From NCBI RefSeq assembly GCF_001194135.2, contig NC_068981.1:85780976-85844975 (forward strand): 64,000 bases of DNA. Reading direction: 5' to 3'. Below are positions 24,498 to 37,343 of this stretch, piece after piece. The DNA comes from Octopus bimaculoides. Taxonomy: Eukaryota. Each line of letters opens with the position of its first letter. The stretch's first letter is position 1. Under the pieces are notes generated by a model, which saw nothing but the letters and a program-made list of their open reading frames with translations, was not told where the DNA came from and made no database searches. Both the position numbers and the translations under genes were made by a program.

Positions 24498-25646
24498 TGT
24501 ACATATATACCACTCTGATTGGTTGGTATTGACGCAATTTGTCTCTTACTCTATCGCGCACCAATATGCAACCAAAGCAATCGCAGCCGCCAAATAAATC
24601 ACGTGAGATAGTTTGTTCTAAACTACATTTGAGCCTACCGTTAGCTATAAAAACTCACCTCTTCCTAGTCTCGGGGTCTGTTGGTTCCAGACCTTCTAAG
24701 GTCTAACCACTGACCACATTACAGCGATCTCCATCTTCGTCACCACCATCATGTCTCTCACCAACGTCGTCAACAACATCTACGCAGCACCGACAACACT
24801 GCACAGGTTCTAACATATTACTGTTCATGAACGTCCTCACCGGGGTTAACAGCAAACATACAACCCACGCAGATGCATGTCAATATATGAATAAATGTCC
24901 ATCAACCACTTCCATTTACCATTCAGCTTGTGTATATATACGCGTGCCCGGCATTAAAGACATTTTAAGTTACCACCTTGTTCCGTGTATTTCTTTATAC
25001 CGTTTTCCTGTCAAATGTTATTACAGCCTTCTGCGTAGAGTCACATCAGATGAAATACAACCTATCTTTCTATAAATTCAAAATCTCTTCATATTGTATC
25101 AAATGCAATTAAACCATTGAAAATTGAGAGAACTATTCTTTAAGATATTAACGCTACGAATGTTGTTGCTTTCATTTGAATCAAACAGTAATTTTTTAGC
25201 ATCTGTTGCAGGTCTTTGCTTGACATTTGAAACTAGAGCTCATTATTTTTTATTTCGAAATTTTCTGCAAACAGCAACCAAACTTTCCAAATTGAATGAT
25301 GACGTCATCAAAAAACTGAGCACTATTTTTCTTTGAATACAATGATTAACCTTAGTCAAAAGCTGACTAGTATATTTTACAAATATACTTGAAGCCATCA
25401 GCAGGAAACGAACCAACCTGGGTTACTGATGGCGATCAGTCAGTTCTGATATAAGGTCTAACAAAACGAAGAAAAGGCGAAAGAGTGGCGTTCATGTCAG
25501 GTGTTATTCAGTATCAGCTGATGTTTGACATCAAATGTGAAGAGTCTGCAACCCAAGCTACCTGAACTGGTATCATTTTAAGTGTTACACTATGGCAGAC
25601 GACACTTGCATTCATGCTCTCTCACTTTGTCACTGCGGCTTCCCCA

Positions 25647-25687
<41 letters not shown>

Positions 25688-26475
25688 ACTCACACATAAC
25701 TACACCACTGTATGACAACAATTCTCTTTCCCTTCTCTCTAGTTCCTCCGTGCAAAGTTTTAATAAAAATGCCATGAATCGAAAGCAACGACTCATTCAG
25801 TCAATTGTCAACTTTCCTTTTATCTTATTAAGTGTATGACGACATACTTCCTAGTGGTACACTTCTAAAAAATCCAAATTTTGCGTTTACTAGTAAATTT
25901 AAAGATAAAAATAAAAAGATAGAAAAGATAGAAATATGTCGAATATATATACGTGATAGGGGGAAAAAACAACCACCACAACAACAAAAAATAGTTTCAG
26001 AACCAGTGCAAAAAAAAAAAAAAAATCTTTATATGCACCTAAAATCATTTTTGATAAAAATTACTTGTTGAACTATGGCATAATGTATTATTGTCACGTT
26101 CTGATACAGTTTGTGACACAAACAACTTTTTCATGAACTAGCACAGCATATTCACCTAATTAAACACTTGCATAGAATTTACGACTCTGCTATCCTACAC
26201 ACGTATGTTACTCGCCTTTATAAGTAACAAAGATAAATGTAACTCTTTAACAAAAGAGGACAACGCTCTAATAATAAAACGGAAAAATGCTTCTGTTTAT
26301 TATGACTGAGCAAATCATGCCTGTTCTTAAAATTGCCCATAAAAACTCACATAATTTTTTTATTTAATAAGAAATGCATTGGAGAAAAAACAATGATTAA
26401 AAAACTATCCGGGGTGGGGGTGGGGGATAGAAAGAAGATAAAAAAATGTCAATATATCAGAAACTGAATGCATAC

Positions 26476-26600
26476 TTTTCGCTCAGTAACACACGACATC
26501 CGCTGCTTCAGAGATGGAACTATCTGAAGACATGCAACTCTGCCTTCAGCTGAGAAAATGGGGCTGGTACCTGTCACAGCAGGGAAGCTGATATTTATGG
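26476..26600 (-). CDS. Candidate orphan internal exon (INISFPAVTGTSPIFSAEGRVACLQIVPSLKQRMSCVTERK), gene unknown
   Basis: Acceptor tgtacttctaactag| and donor |gtatgc; 125 nt; only the phase-1 frame is open; GC-richer than its flanks. No partner exons found. Confidence 0.35.
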
Positions 26601-26770
26601 CTAGTTAGAAGTACAAGGTACCTTCATATAAGCAAGTAAATCTATTGTCAATGACAGCAAAATTAACTTGCTAATTTGCTTATACCTCGTTAGTTTTACT
26701 GTTATTGTCATTAGATTTGCTTGTTTATATTAAGGTAACTTGCCTATCAAATTAAACAGAAGACTTGTTG

Positions 26771-26810
<40 letters not shown>

Positions 26811-28116
26811 CGCGCGCATTTACATGTTTGATTTGAATAAGTTGTTTGTGGCTCTATTTTACTTAATGTTAGTATGGCTATGTTTTTTTCTAGATAGATT
26901 GAGATTACTATTCTGTTGGTGTTGGTTTGATTTTTATCGTCTGACATCGTTGATTGTCTACCCTGTTTGTACTTCAGATCATTTTCTAGGATAAACATGT
27001 TTTGGTGTATGCAGTGTGATATGATCTAATTTCTTCTGTTTTGTAATTTGTGCTTTATGTGATTATGTTGTGTTTTCAGTGATGAATAGGAGGTATTTTC
27101 AAGAAAATAAACAAGTGAGCTGCACTACCTTTTATATGCCGCTTTTTGGAAAACATGTTTTTTAAAACCACAGATGTATTTAATAAGGGACGTCTGGTTA
27201 CTTCTCAGAATGAATGTAAGTGTCGTGTATATCTGACTTTGAAAGTTCTGATAGTTGTACCGATATAATTTTTTCGAACTGTTTTTCTTGCGATATGGTT
27301 GCTTTGTAGATTACAAGCATTTCCTTCATTACATTCCTGAGATTTTACCGTAATGTGAAACATCTTTCCATTGACTTCTATGATACATGGACGTCAATAC
27401 ACATGGAAGTCAATCAGCATGGAAGTCAATGAACATAGAAGTTAATGAACATGGAAGGCCAAAGGAAGTACATTTCGCGTTATTCAATTTTACAGCAAAA
27501 TTTTTATGAGCACAACATTTCCATAAAGCGGTACATGCCTTCTTTGATTTTAAGACAATTTCCTCTTAAGCCATTACCTTAGGCCATTAAAGTTTCATGT
27601 GTTTTCAGATATATATTGTGTGTTGCGTATTATATTGCAGTTTACTGTTTGTATGATATAATTTATGATTTTTGTGCTACTGTATGCAGCATTTTTGTTT
27701 TTTCTATTGAATAGTTTGTGGTACTTATGTTCGGATGGGGAGAATTGCCGATTAGTGACGAGAAGGTGTGTGCCACGTTTATTGCTATATTTATACAAAA
27801 GGCGTATTGAATTAAGTGATGTTTCTTGTCTTGGATTAAGTCGCTTGCCAAGTAGATATCTATCAATGTTGCGAAATATTCCAATCAATCAATCCTCAAC
27901 CAGAAGAATCTTTTGCGGAGAAAGCTTTCACGGAGGTAGCCTATTTTTCATGCAACTTCACAATACACACATTCGACAAAATCCCTCCTTGCATTCACCA
28001 TCCGTTTCATCAATCTCACCTCCACATACACATTGCATACCAAGAGCGAAAACAATTCCAATCGCTTCAGACAAACAAATCTATCGACATTCTCCGTCTC
28101 TGACGTATTGTCTGTC

Positions 28117-28165
<49 letters not shown>

Positions 28166-28223
28166 NNNNNNNNNNNNNNNNNNNNNNNNNNNNNNNNNNN
28201 NNNNNNNNNNNNNNNNNNNNNNN

Positions 28224-28254
<31 letters not shown>

Positions 28255-28256
<2 letters not shown>

Positions 28257-28520
28257 TGAGTTCTATTGCAAACTTCGGAAACATGTTACAGCATGTTGCA
28301 TCTACAGTAAATGGGGTCTCTATGACATTGCCAATTACCAACCCATCGATCTCAGTTCCAATATCTCAAATGCGAGATATTAACAATCGCTGTCTTCATC
28401 ACCATTACGGTTTCCGTAGAACCATACCTATTGGAGACCCACTCTGTGTTGTTAACCAGGATTCTTGTACCATAGAGAACTGTAACAAAAGCAATTGATT
28501 TCAGCGAAGCCTTTGTCTTT
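28255..28520 (+). mobile_element. Degraded CR1/L2/Jockey-group RT fragment
   Basis: ANYQPIDLSSNIS, HHYGFRR and AIDFSEAF resemble NYRPISL, QYGFR and LDISKAF. Confidence 0.6.
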
Positions 28521-28599
28521 TCTGGTATGAGAATCCCCTAACTAACTTCCACTTGTGGGTTTCATCCGTCTTTTATTCCATGGGTTGGTAGCTTCCCAT

Positions 28600-29640
28600 T
28601 AAATAGTTCCATTGCAGGGCGTATTGACGGCCTGCTTTCTGACACATAGTCTAAAAGTCTGGTGTATCTCAAGATTCAATTGTCTTCCCTCTCATCCTCA
28701 ACTCAACGCACTGCTTGCTGCAATTTTTAACAGTGATGGAGCCTCTACATGATTGGTTATCTTACTAGAAATAGCGACTAAATCTGTTTCAAGCCATACA
28801 CTAAAACAGATACATTGGATAATATTGTCTAGTGCATACTGTTCCAGAAAAGAGGCTTTGTGATCCTGACAGGAATGACTTTTGACCATCACAGCCTTTC
28901 TGTTCTCTCATGGCTAACATAGGGGCTAAACAACAACTGCGCTCACTCCTGTGTAAGATGTCTCACTCTTTAACCTTCCTTAGACTTTTACATACAAGTG
29001 TCATCCGGATATAACTTATATGTCACGCGCCAAACCTGCAGTGCCTCTATGAATATTGATCTCCGAAAACATCATTCACTAGGAGAATGATAATCTAGTT
29101 TCTTTTAACACAAATACATAATCACTGCTTATATTATGAAAAGAATATCGTGCCTTACCTGCTCCAATCTTGGACAAAACAGTTAAAACTTCCGGGGTCT
29201 CTACAAATGCTAGGCTCCATAATCACTAATGAGCTCTCACATCCATAACACAGTAAAAAAAAAAAAAAACTGCATCCTATTGACTAACCTTCTTCTTTAG
29301 GAACAGAAAAATACTTCAGATCTGAACAGTTGCTAAGCTCTCTAGAAACCTCATGTAAGCTTCATCATGGGATACTGCTGCCATGTCTGAGACAGTGCTA
29401 CTCTTGCATATACAAACATCGAAGACCACAGCTAAATGACGTTTATTCGACTGACTGGCAAAAATCTCCATCGCTCCCTCACTCACCTTCACATTATCAT
29501 CTCTGGCCTACAGTCCCGCTGTTCCTTCTCTATTACGGCTTCTGTCCCTCTCAACATGAGAGTTGTAAACAGCCGTCTTCCAACCTCACCAGCCACCTTT
29601 GTTTCTTATCTATTTCCGTCCCCCTTACCGTGTATCCATA
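28600..29640 (-). mobile_element. Very degraded RTE-like LINE 3' fragment
   Basis: Weak remnants only (CLRHGS similar to LLHGSETW; a GR-rich C-terminal segment). Confidence 0.35.
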
Positions 29641-30230
29641 AACAAACTCACTCATCAGAAAGTCCACATTAAATGATTTTTATCAGTCATGATTTCATAA
29701 ATCATTATCCTCATGAATCCCTATCGATCTCACCAGTTTGTAATGGATCTATAAAAGAAGCGCCGCACCTCTTCTTCTGTTTAACTGATAAAATAATGTA
29801 CCTAGTCGATTCCATAAAATAAAATGTTTACTTCGTTATTCCTGATCAAAGGATTTAGTATCACGTCACCGCCACCACTGTCGCCACCGCTGCCGCTACC
29901 GCAGCTGCCGTCGTTGTCGTCATCACCATTAGCAGTAACAACAGCAGCAGCAACAACAGCAGTGGCATCATCATCATCATCTTGTTGGTAGTGGTGTTGT
30001 GGTTCGTAATGTTACTCCAACTGAACTTCAATGTTGCATCACAAATTGAAGTGACAGAATGGCTTCGATTCGAATTGATTTGAGATTTCAAACTTATGTG
30101 GGAGAACTTCATGATGAGGATTGCGTCTCGGGCAAGTTTGGTACAAGAATTTGCATTCCATTTAGAATATGGCTCCACGCCAGCAAACCTGTGCCACTGA
30201 AATTTCTTCATCGTTATTAATTATCAGTGT

Positions 30231-30580
30231 TAGGCGGCTAGCTGGCGGAGTATTTAGTACGCCGGACAAAATGCTTCACGGCATTTCTTCCGGGTCATTA
30301 CGTTCTGAGTTCAGAATCTACCGAGGTCGACTTTGCCTTTCATCCTTTCAGGGTTAATAAAATAAGTGCCAGTTGAGCACTGGGATCCATGTAATCGACT
30401 TACCTCTTCCCCCGAAATTGCTGGTCTTGTACCAAAATTTGAAACCATTATTAATAATCAGCGTAAGGCGGCACGCTGGCAGAGTCGTTAGCACGCCGGA
30501 CAAAATACTTCAAAGCATTTCTTCCGGTTTTAAAATTCTACCGAGATTGACTTTGCCTTTCATCATTTCGGGGTCGATAG
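30231..30580 (+). mobile_element. Two tandem SINE family B copies (30231-30447, 30464-30580)
   Basis: Both start taggcgg/aaggcgg...ctggc...gttag..cgccggacaaaat. Confidence 0.9.
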
Positions 30581-30619
30581 CACACGTGCATTTTAAACTG
30601 AAAGCGTAACGGGATTAAC

Positions 30620-31183
30620 AAACAATTATCATTTGCTTTCAGTAGGTTGAACATCACGAGTCACCATCTCAGTCTTTTCTTCTCTATACATTACTATATT
30701 TTTATAAATCTTCCCAATTTTTGATATTATTTCACTCCATTCTACGCTTCTTCTGCCTCTCTTTCCATTGATTTTCGCCTTTTACCAATTGTCATCATAA
30801 AGACTATTAGTCGGAGGCAAAAAAGGCCATGTTTTCTAATCAAGTTTCTAAAATAGTTTAGTTTTCTCTTTTTGATGGTATTCAATAAAGCATCTTTGCG
30901 AAATTCATAACAGGTTTTGTGTTCTATCCATGATATTCTTAAGTGTCTTCTAATATACCCATATTAAAAGACTTGTAATTTATTTGATAGTAGTTTAGGA
31001 ACATTCATGACATTTTAAAAACCTATTTCTCTTAAGGCAACGAGCTGGCAGAATCGTTAAAACGCCGGGCAAAATACTTAGCGGCATTTTGTCCGTCCTT
31101 ATGTTCTAAGTTCAAATTCCGCCGGGGTCAACTTTGCCTTTCATCCTCTCAAGGTTGATAAATTAAGTACCAATTGAGCACTG
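30620..31183 (-). repeat. Left arm of a ~570-bp inverted duplication (RTE 3' fragment plus SINE B head)
   Basis: Reverse complement of 34248-34829 across both the LINE part and the LINE/SINE junction. Confidence 0.9.
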
Positions 31184-32146
31184 ATGTCGTTGTAACCCGA
31201 CTAGCCTTAATCCTCATTGTTTCAGGCCTTATGTCAATAGTAGACAGGATCGTTAATAATCTTCTTTGTCGTCGTTGTCATCATCATCATCGAAATATTC
31301 CCACCACAATCACCACCGCCGCCGCCGTCTTCATTGTCGTCGTTATCATCATCATCATCGCCGTTGTCATTGCTGAGACAATACACAGATTTGCAATTCC
31401 TGCCGGGATTTGAGATGGTTTTGTGGCTGTTCCATTATACTATATTATTGGTCTGACAAATATCTGGAATTTGTTGTTGTTACTGTGGTTGTAATTGTTA
31501 CTATTATTGTTACTGCTGCCACATTCTTTCTATCTAAATATACCTAAGAAAATATTTCTGTCCTAAATTGATCAGTCGAAACGAAACTTCTTATTAAGTA
31601 TCACGTGACAAATATTTTCTGATTCATTCCAGATAAATGTGCTTATAATTCAATACAATGCAAAGTGGAATTATATAAACATTACTGCAAAGACAATCTA
31701 TGGAGACGTGACAATTTGAATAGGCATGCATACTTTCTCCTGCTATACCAAAGAGTTTGGAGTACACTCATAGTCCATTCAATAGAAAAATCTTTGTTTC
31801 TGTGTTTATGAATAATATTATATCACGTCTGGTTAAATTTATTCGTTGAAGATATGCGACTTCGATTTTCTTAGAAAAAGACAATTCAATTTCAAACCAT
31901 TTCCTTTATTCTCTACACAATGCTTTCCGTTATAAGAACGGGTTGTATACAACACATTTGAATACAACTGAACGAGTCCATGTTTTCTACAGAGGGGTAT
32001 GAAAATATATCAGAGGTGCATATTTAAGGTGTTTTGTGTGCGCTGCCTACTTACAAAATTAGATAAAAACACAGTTTAATACATTTGTTCTAAATGTAGT
32101 ATCTAAATGATTGAATGAACTAAGATATATATATATNNNNNNNNNN

Positions 32147-33375
32147 TTGGTGTCACAGATTTGGAAATTTTAAAATCAAGTGAAAATGTTCAGATTTGGT
32201 ACATTGGTGTGATCTTTATACGCTGAATCCGAATTTGAGATTCATTTATTCCAGAAAAAAAAAGAAGGAAAATGAGGTTCAAAGTGATAATTTTTAGCCA
32301 AGCAGGAAACGGAGCTGGTATTTTCTGCGTGATTCCTGAGGTTCAAAACTATCGTCATCAGCCACGTAATCTTCCTCAGCAATACTATCGTGACAGTCAG
32401 CATCATCATCCGATGTTTCAATGCCATCATCTAGTGGACCTGGAATTGGCAGACTTCCATTGTGAGGCACAGGTCTCATTGCAGAAACCAAATTGGGATA
32501 CACAATTTTGTGTTTATTCTTCATAGAAAATCCTGTGACATTTACTTTGCAGAAATAACAGTCATTAGAATGGTCTTTTGGCTCCCTCCATATCATTAGC
32601 TTGGCAAAAGGCATGGACTTCTTTTTATTATTGAACCAGTCACGTAAGCCATTTGAGCATGTTGAGCAGATAACTTGTCCTGATCTCCAAGAGGACAGTC
32701 AAAGTATAGCTTATACATCTTCTTGATCTCTGGTGTTATTGTACGTTTTCGAGCTTTCACAATAAATTGTCCACAGACATAACAAAATACATCAGGACGA
32801 TTTCTACATTGTCTTGACATTGTTAACACTGTAAAACAAGTAAGGAAATAGATACAAACGGTTATACCTATATTGAATTTGAGATGATCAAATATTTCAT
32901 CAGACCAATTATGACTAGACAATTTGAGATGTTGAAATACTTATTTCAGACAAAACTTGATTGGTTAATTTAAGATGATGAAATATTGCATCTGAACTAT
33001 GCAGCAATGAATAATGTAGCTTATTTTAAAGGTATGTTTCTATGATGTAAATGAAATACACGCATACACGTCATTAATTGGAATTTCTAGATAATGCATG
33101 AGCTAAAACAAAAAAACTTTCTCATTTTGAAAACTGTACTTGATGTCAAAAAACTACGTGATGTCAAAAAAGACAGCATTAAAAACTAGACTAAGTACAC
33201 CTTGACATATGCTTGATGAAAATACTTGTTGAGCAGTGTAATGTTTAAAACATCTTTTAGTCCTTAAAAACAACACAAAAAAATGATCTAGAAATAAAGA
33301 ATGATAAATGGAAATTGAAATATAGAGTATGCGTTTCCTGTAGCAGGTAGCCATTTTGTTTAGAACCCCTGAGTG
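32147..33375 (-). mobile_element. Internally deleted Chapaev3-like DNA transposon (transposase N-terminus only)
   Basis: MSRQCRNRPDVFCYVCGQF...YFDCPLGDQDK then MPFAKLMIWREPKDHSNDCYFC...YPNLVSAMRPVPH (ORFs 32596-32922 and 32294-32614) resembles the Chapaev3 N-terminal Cys-rich region. The terminus is TAA|CACTCAGGGG at 33375. The other end lies at or in the gap at 32137-32146. Confidence 0.75.
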
Positions 33376-33446
33376 TTAAAAACTCCATTTACATGGATTT
33401 ATTTCTATATTTAATGGTGGTGGTAAAGAGAGTCGTTGTCTGTGTC

Positions 33447-33542
33447 GATGATGATAATGAGATGATGAAAAGATGATGATGATGATGATGATGATGATAA
33501 TGATGGTGATGACGACGATGACGATGATGACGACGACGAAGT

Positions 33543-33624
<82 letters not shown>

Positions 33625-33625
33625 A
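33447..33625. repeat. Compound (GAT)/(GAC)/(CAG)/(TAG) microsatellite
   Basis: Directly visible. Confidence 0.95.
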
Positions 33626-33971
33626 TGAATTACTGTAGCTATATCTTCAAGAATGAACATTTTCTCTTGTTCTACTTCGATGAAAAATATTTTCATATTT
33701 CTGCGATAATTGTTTTCACGAATATAGAATACGATGTAAATGGTTGTAAATTTTGTCAGTAAGTTTAAGACGTGTCGTTTTATTCCCATTAGTAGATTCG
33801 TCTTCCTTTTAAAGATAGTGGTGGTATTGGTGGTGGGAGAAATGACAGAGAATCAATTAAACATATAATTTGTAGTGTTTAATTAATATATTTTGCAATA
33901 AGATACATCCAATCAGAAAACGCGAATGTAAATAAAAAGAAAAATCAAATGAAGGAATGAAATAGCTAAAA

Positions 33972-34119
33972 TAGCCATGGGAAAATTGTGAACTGCGGCC
34001 CGACTTTCTGAATGGCTCTCCAACGAAAAACGATCTTCAATTCTTTTAGTAGAGCCGCAAGTCTCATGACGAGTCATGTCTCATGCAGCCCGCCTCTCAG
34101 AAAAGGTTGCTCATGTCTG
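33972..34119. mobile_element. Small hAT-type MITE (~150 bp)
   Basis: Imperfect TIRs TAGCCATGGGAAAATT / AAGGTTGCTCATGTCTG; 8-bp flanks agctaaaa / agcttgaa (6/8). Confidence 0.65.
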
Positions 34120-34177
34120 AGCTTGAAGGTTATATTAAAAAATATCAAATATACTAACATTAAGTGACATTAACATT

Positions 34178-34397
34178 GGTTTCAAATTTTAGCGCAAGGC
34201 TAGTAGTTTCCGGGACGGGAATGGGGGTAAGTCGATTACATGGACTCCAGTGCTCAATTAGTATTTAATTTATCGACCACAAAAGGATGAAAGGCAAAGT
34301 CGACCCCGGCGGAATCTGAACTTAGAACATAAGGACGGACAAAATGCCGCTAAGCATTTTGCCCGGCGTTTTAACGATTCTACCAGCTCGTTGTCTT
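34178..34397 (-). mobile_element. SINE family B
   Basis: ggtttcaaattttagcgcaaggctag...aaaggcaaagtcgaccccggcggaat...ccagctcgttgtctt. Confidence 0.92.
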
Positions 34398-34399
34398 AA

Positions 34400-34829
34400 G
34401 AGAAATAGGTTTTTAAAATGTTATGAATGCTCCTACAGCATGAAACAAAAATACTTTCAAATAAATTACAAGTCTTTTAATAGGGTATATTAGAAGACAC
34501 TTATGAATATCATGGATAGAACACAAAACCTATTATGAATTTCAAAAAGATAGTTTATTGAATACCATCAAAAAGAGAAAACTAAACTATTTTAGAAACT
34601 TGATTCGAAAACATGGCCTTTTTTGCCTTCGACTAATAGTCTTTATGATGACAGTTGGTAAAAGGCGATAAGCAATGGAAAGAGAGGCAGAAGAAGCGTA
34701 GGACGGGGTGAAATAGTATCAAGAATTAGGAAGATTTATAAAAATATAGTAATGTATAAAGAGAAGAAAAGAAAGACTGAGATGGTGACTCGTGATATTC
34801 AACCTGCTGAAAGCAAATTATAATTGTTT
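34400..34829 (+). mobile_element. RTE LINE 3' coding fragment (right arm of the inverted duplication)
   Basis: YIRRHL*ISWIEHKT...LLNTIKKRKLNYF resembles the RTE C-terminus (RRMLRISWTEHKTN...LLNTIKKRKL.YFGH). Confidence 0.75.
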
Positions 34830-35511
34830 TCTAATCAAGTTTCTAAAATTGACATAAGGCGACCGTTTTGTAGAGAACGGACACAAAGAACTGAATCGAC
34901 CAGAGTGCTTTATTAGTATTTATTTTATCGTCAATGGAGGATTGAAATGCCAGATCAGCCCCGAAACATTTTAAACTGAAATGATTCAGTTTGAAAGCTT
35001 AAAGCAAATAGTTTAATATTCTGTGATTTCACTATGAAAGATATATATTTATTCGTTATAACACTGATATTATAATGCAGAGAAAACGGTGCCTATTGAA
35101 AACTCGGAACATCCGGGAACCATTGTTTTTAAAGAAGCCTTCCTTAAATATTGTTCTCTGATCTTGACATCATTGTTATGAATTACTATTAGAAATTCAA
35201 CCTATTTATAGAATGTAGGTAAAAGTTTAAAACCAACAGTAATAACTTTAAAATTACTGTTTATTTATTATCTATTTTCATTGTGGAAACCAATCTATTG
35301 ATTCAACATCCCTATATGAAGAAATGGACTCTTCAGATTTTAATAACCAACCAGAATTTGGAATCTTCTTACGTCATATATTGCAGAGAATTTCCCTTTT
35401 ATGGTATGCATCACTAGTTGTCAGAATTTTTTTATATAGCCAGATCACTTTTCTTATGACTGCAACATTTTGAATTCTATATATATATTTTTGGATATTT
35501 TGAAGTTCGAC

Positions 35512-35560
35512 ATGTGGTTAAGATATTTTGCAATTTTGTTTTCGATATTAATTAATGCTG
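35512..35560 (+). CDS. Gene 2, first coding exon: signal peptide MWLRYFAILFSILINA
   Basis: ATG at 35512, 16 mostly hydrophobic codons plus 1 nt, consensus donor G|GTAAGT at 35561; phase-compatible with the exon at 36348. Confidence 0.75.
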
Positions 35561-35703
35561 GTAAGTAATTTTGACTTTTTCTTTTTGTTAAACAAGATAT
35601 TTCATAAAGCGGGAAATTGTAATATATTTAATCAATTGATTATTCTTTTATGTCAAATGTTGGCAAATATGTGAAGTATTGATGTACTTTTACTAGTAGC
35701 ATA

Positions 35704-35753
<50 letters not shown>

Positions 35754-35924
35754 TGGAAGCCACTTATTATAATCTCAGATATTGTCTCTGATAATATTAT
35801 CAAACGGTTATTGGTAACAAAATTAATGGTTCATAAAATGCTATCACCTGGTTTTTTGACTGAAAAGGATTCAAGGATTTGCTTCAAAATGATCGCAATA
35901 ATTAGCTTTGAATGAATAAACTGA

Positions 35925-35989
<65 letters not shown>

Positions 35990-36347
35990 ATTATTCCAAA
36001 AACTTTGTCTTCTGTAGTCGATTGACGAACTGTTTAATGTTATAAATACTGTCTTCATTCCTAGACTTTTGATGGAGAGATATATATGCAAACGTATCAC
36101 ACACATACATGCCAATGTAAGTAATTTTCGAAGACCGATAATGATAAAGTTTATGACAATTAATAGCAGTTAAAAGCTATAGCCTGTCCTCTTCTGATAT
36201 CTTACTTGATTTAGGCGATCTTGAAAGATTGATCTTCAAGCGAAAGCTTTTATCTATCTACAGATTATCTTATACAATCATACACCATATTTTATTAATT
36301 TCAGTTTGGTCATTAAAGTATTTTTTCAATTTTTTTGTTTATTTCAG

Positions 36348-36489
36348 AATGCAGCAATGTTTGTAGTTCAGTGCAAACAAGTGCCATGGCAAGTAGATGC
36401 TTAGACCAACAACTAGGCAACATTGGAAGCCAATTACAAATTGGATCCATTGTGGCTGCTTCGATTCAACAATATCATTATGTTTGTGG
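36348..36489 (+). CDS. Gene 2 exon: (E)CSNVCSSVQTSAMASRCLDQQLGNIGSQLQIGSIVAASIQQYHYVC(G)
   Basis: Strong acceptor ttttttgtttatttcag|, 142 nt open in phase 1 to 2, donor |gtaggt. Confidence 0.75.
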
Positions 36490-36740
36490 GTAGGTTTCAG
36501 ATATTTTACATTTTATAACATCTAATATAATCAGTTAATATTAAACCTAAGCTGTTTGAAACACACATATCAAAATGTCCATGGGCATTTTGCCTGAGTC
36601 ATATTAAGTTTTTAATTAAATATTTCTTTTGAAAATAATGACCCTTTTATTAATGATTCTTGATTAGGCGATATCGACTAGTCTTTAAACCTACAAAGGA
36701 AGCGTGTTAATTATGGTGACCTGTACATTTAAGCTAGTCC

Positions 36741-37160
36741 AAGAGCTGGTGGATTCGTTAGCATTCCGGACAAAATGCTTAGCAGTATTTCGCCCGTCTT
36801 CACGTTCTGAGTTCAAATTCCGCCGAAGTCGACTTTACCTTTCATCCTTTCGAGGTCGATAAATGTACTAGTTGAGCACTGAGGGCGATGTACTAGACTA
36901 GTTTCCATCTACAAATATTTCATTCTCTGTTCCTATAGTAGAAGTAGTTATTATTGTTAAGGCAGAGAGCTAGTGGAATCGCTAGCACGCTGGACACAAT
37001 GCCTAGCAGCATTTCTTCCTTCTTCATGTTTTGAGTTCTCTGCAGAGGTCTACTTTATCTACCATCCTTTCGAGATCGATAACTATGATGCAGTTGAGCA
37101 CTGGGGGGGTCAATGTAATCGACTATCCCCTTTTATCAAACTTTCAGGTCTTATGCAGTA
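36741..37160 (+). mobile_element. Two tandem SINE family B copies (36741-36955, 36960-37160)
   Basis: Both carry the gagctggtggattcgttagc / gagctagtggaatcgctagc head and the ctttcatcctttcg core. Confidence 0.85.
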
Positions 37161-37298
37161 AAAAGAATTGTAAAGCTCGTCCAATGACACAGATAAGTAC
37201 CCATGGCCATTTCAGGTCGGTCTCAACTACTAGATAGTAGCACAGATTGATTCAGGATGTTTAGGTGCCTATAGTTTGAAACAGAAAGCGTGTGTGTA

Positions 37299-37343
<45 letters not shown>

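Noticed and set aside
24498-25025. LTR-like block with CCAAT, CACGTG, TATAAAA and a ...TTACA end
   Set aside because: No matching TSD and the start overlaps the Helitron end, so it is not supportable as a feature.
27665-28165. ORF starting with a hydrophobic, signal-like MIFVLLYAAFLFFLLNSLW
   Set aside because: No recognisable domain; it runs into (CT)n and a gap; a T-rich start gives hydrophobic residues by chance.
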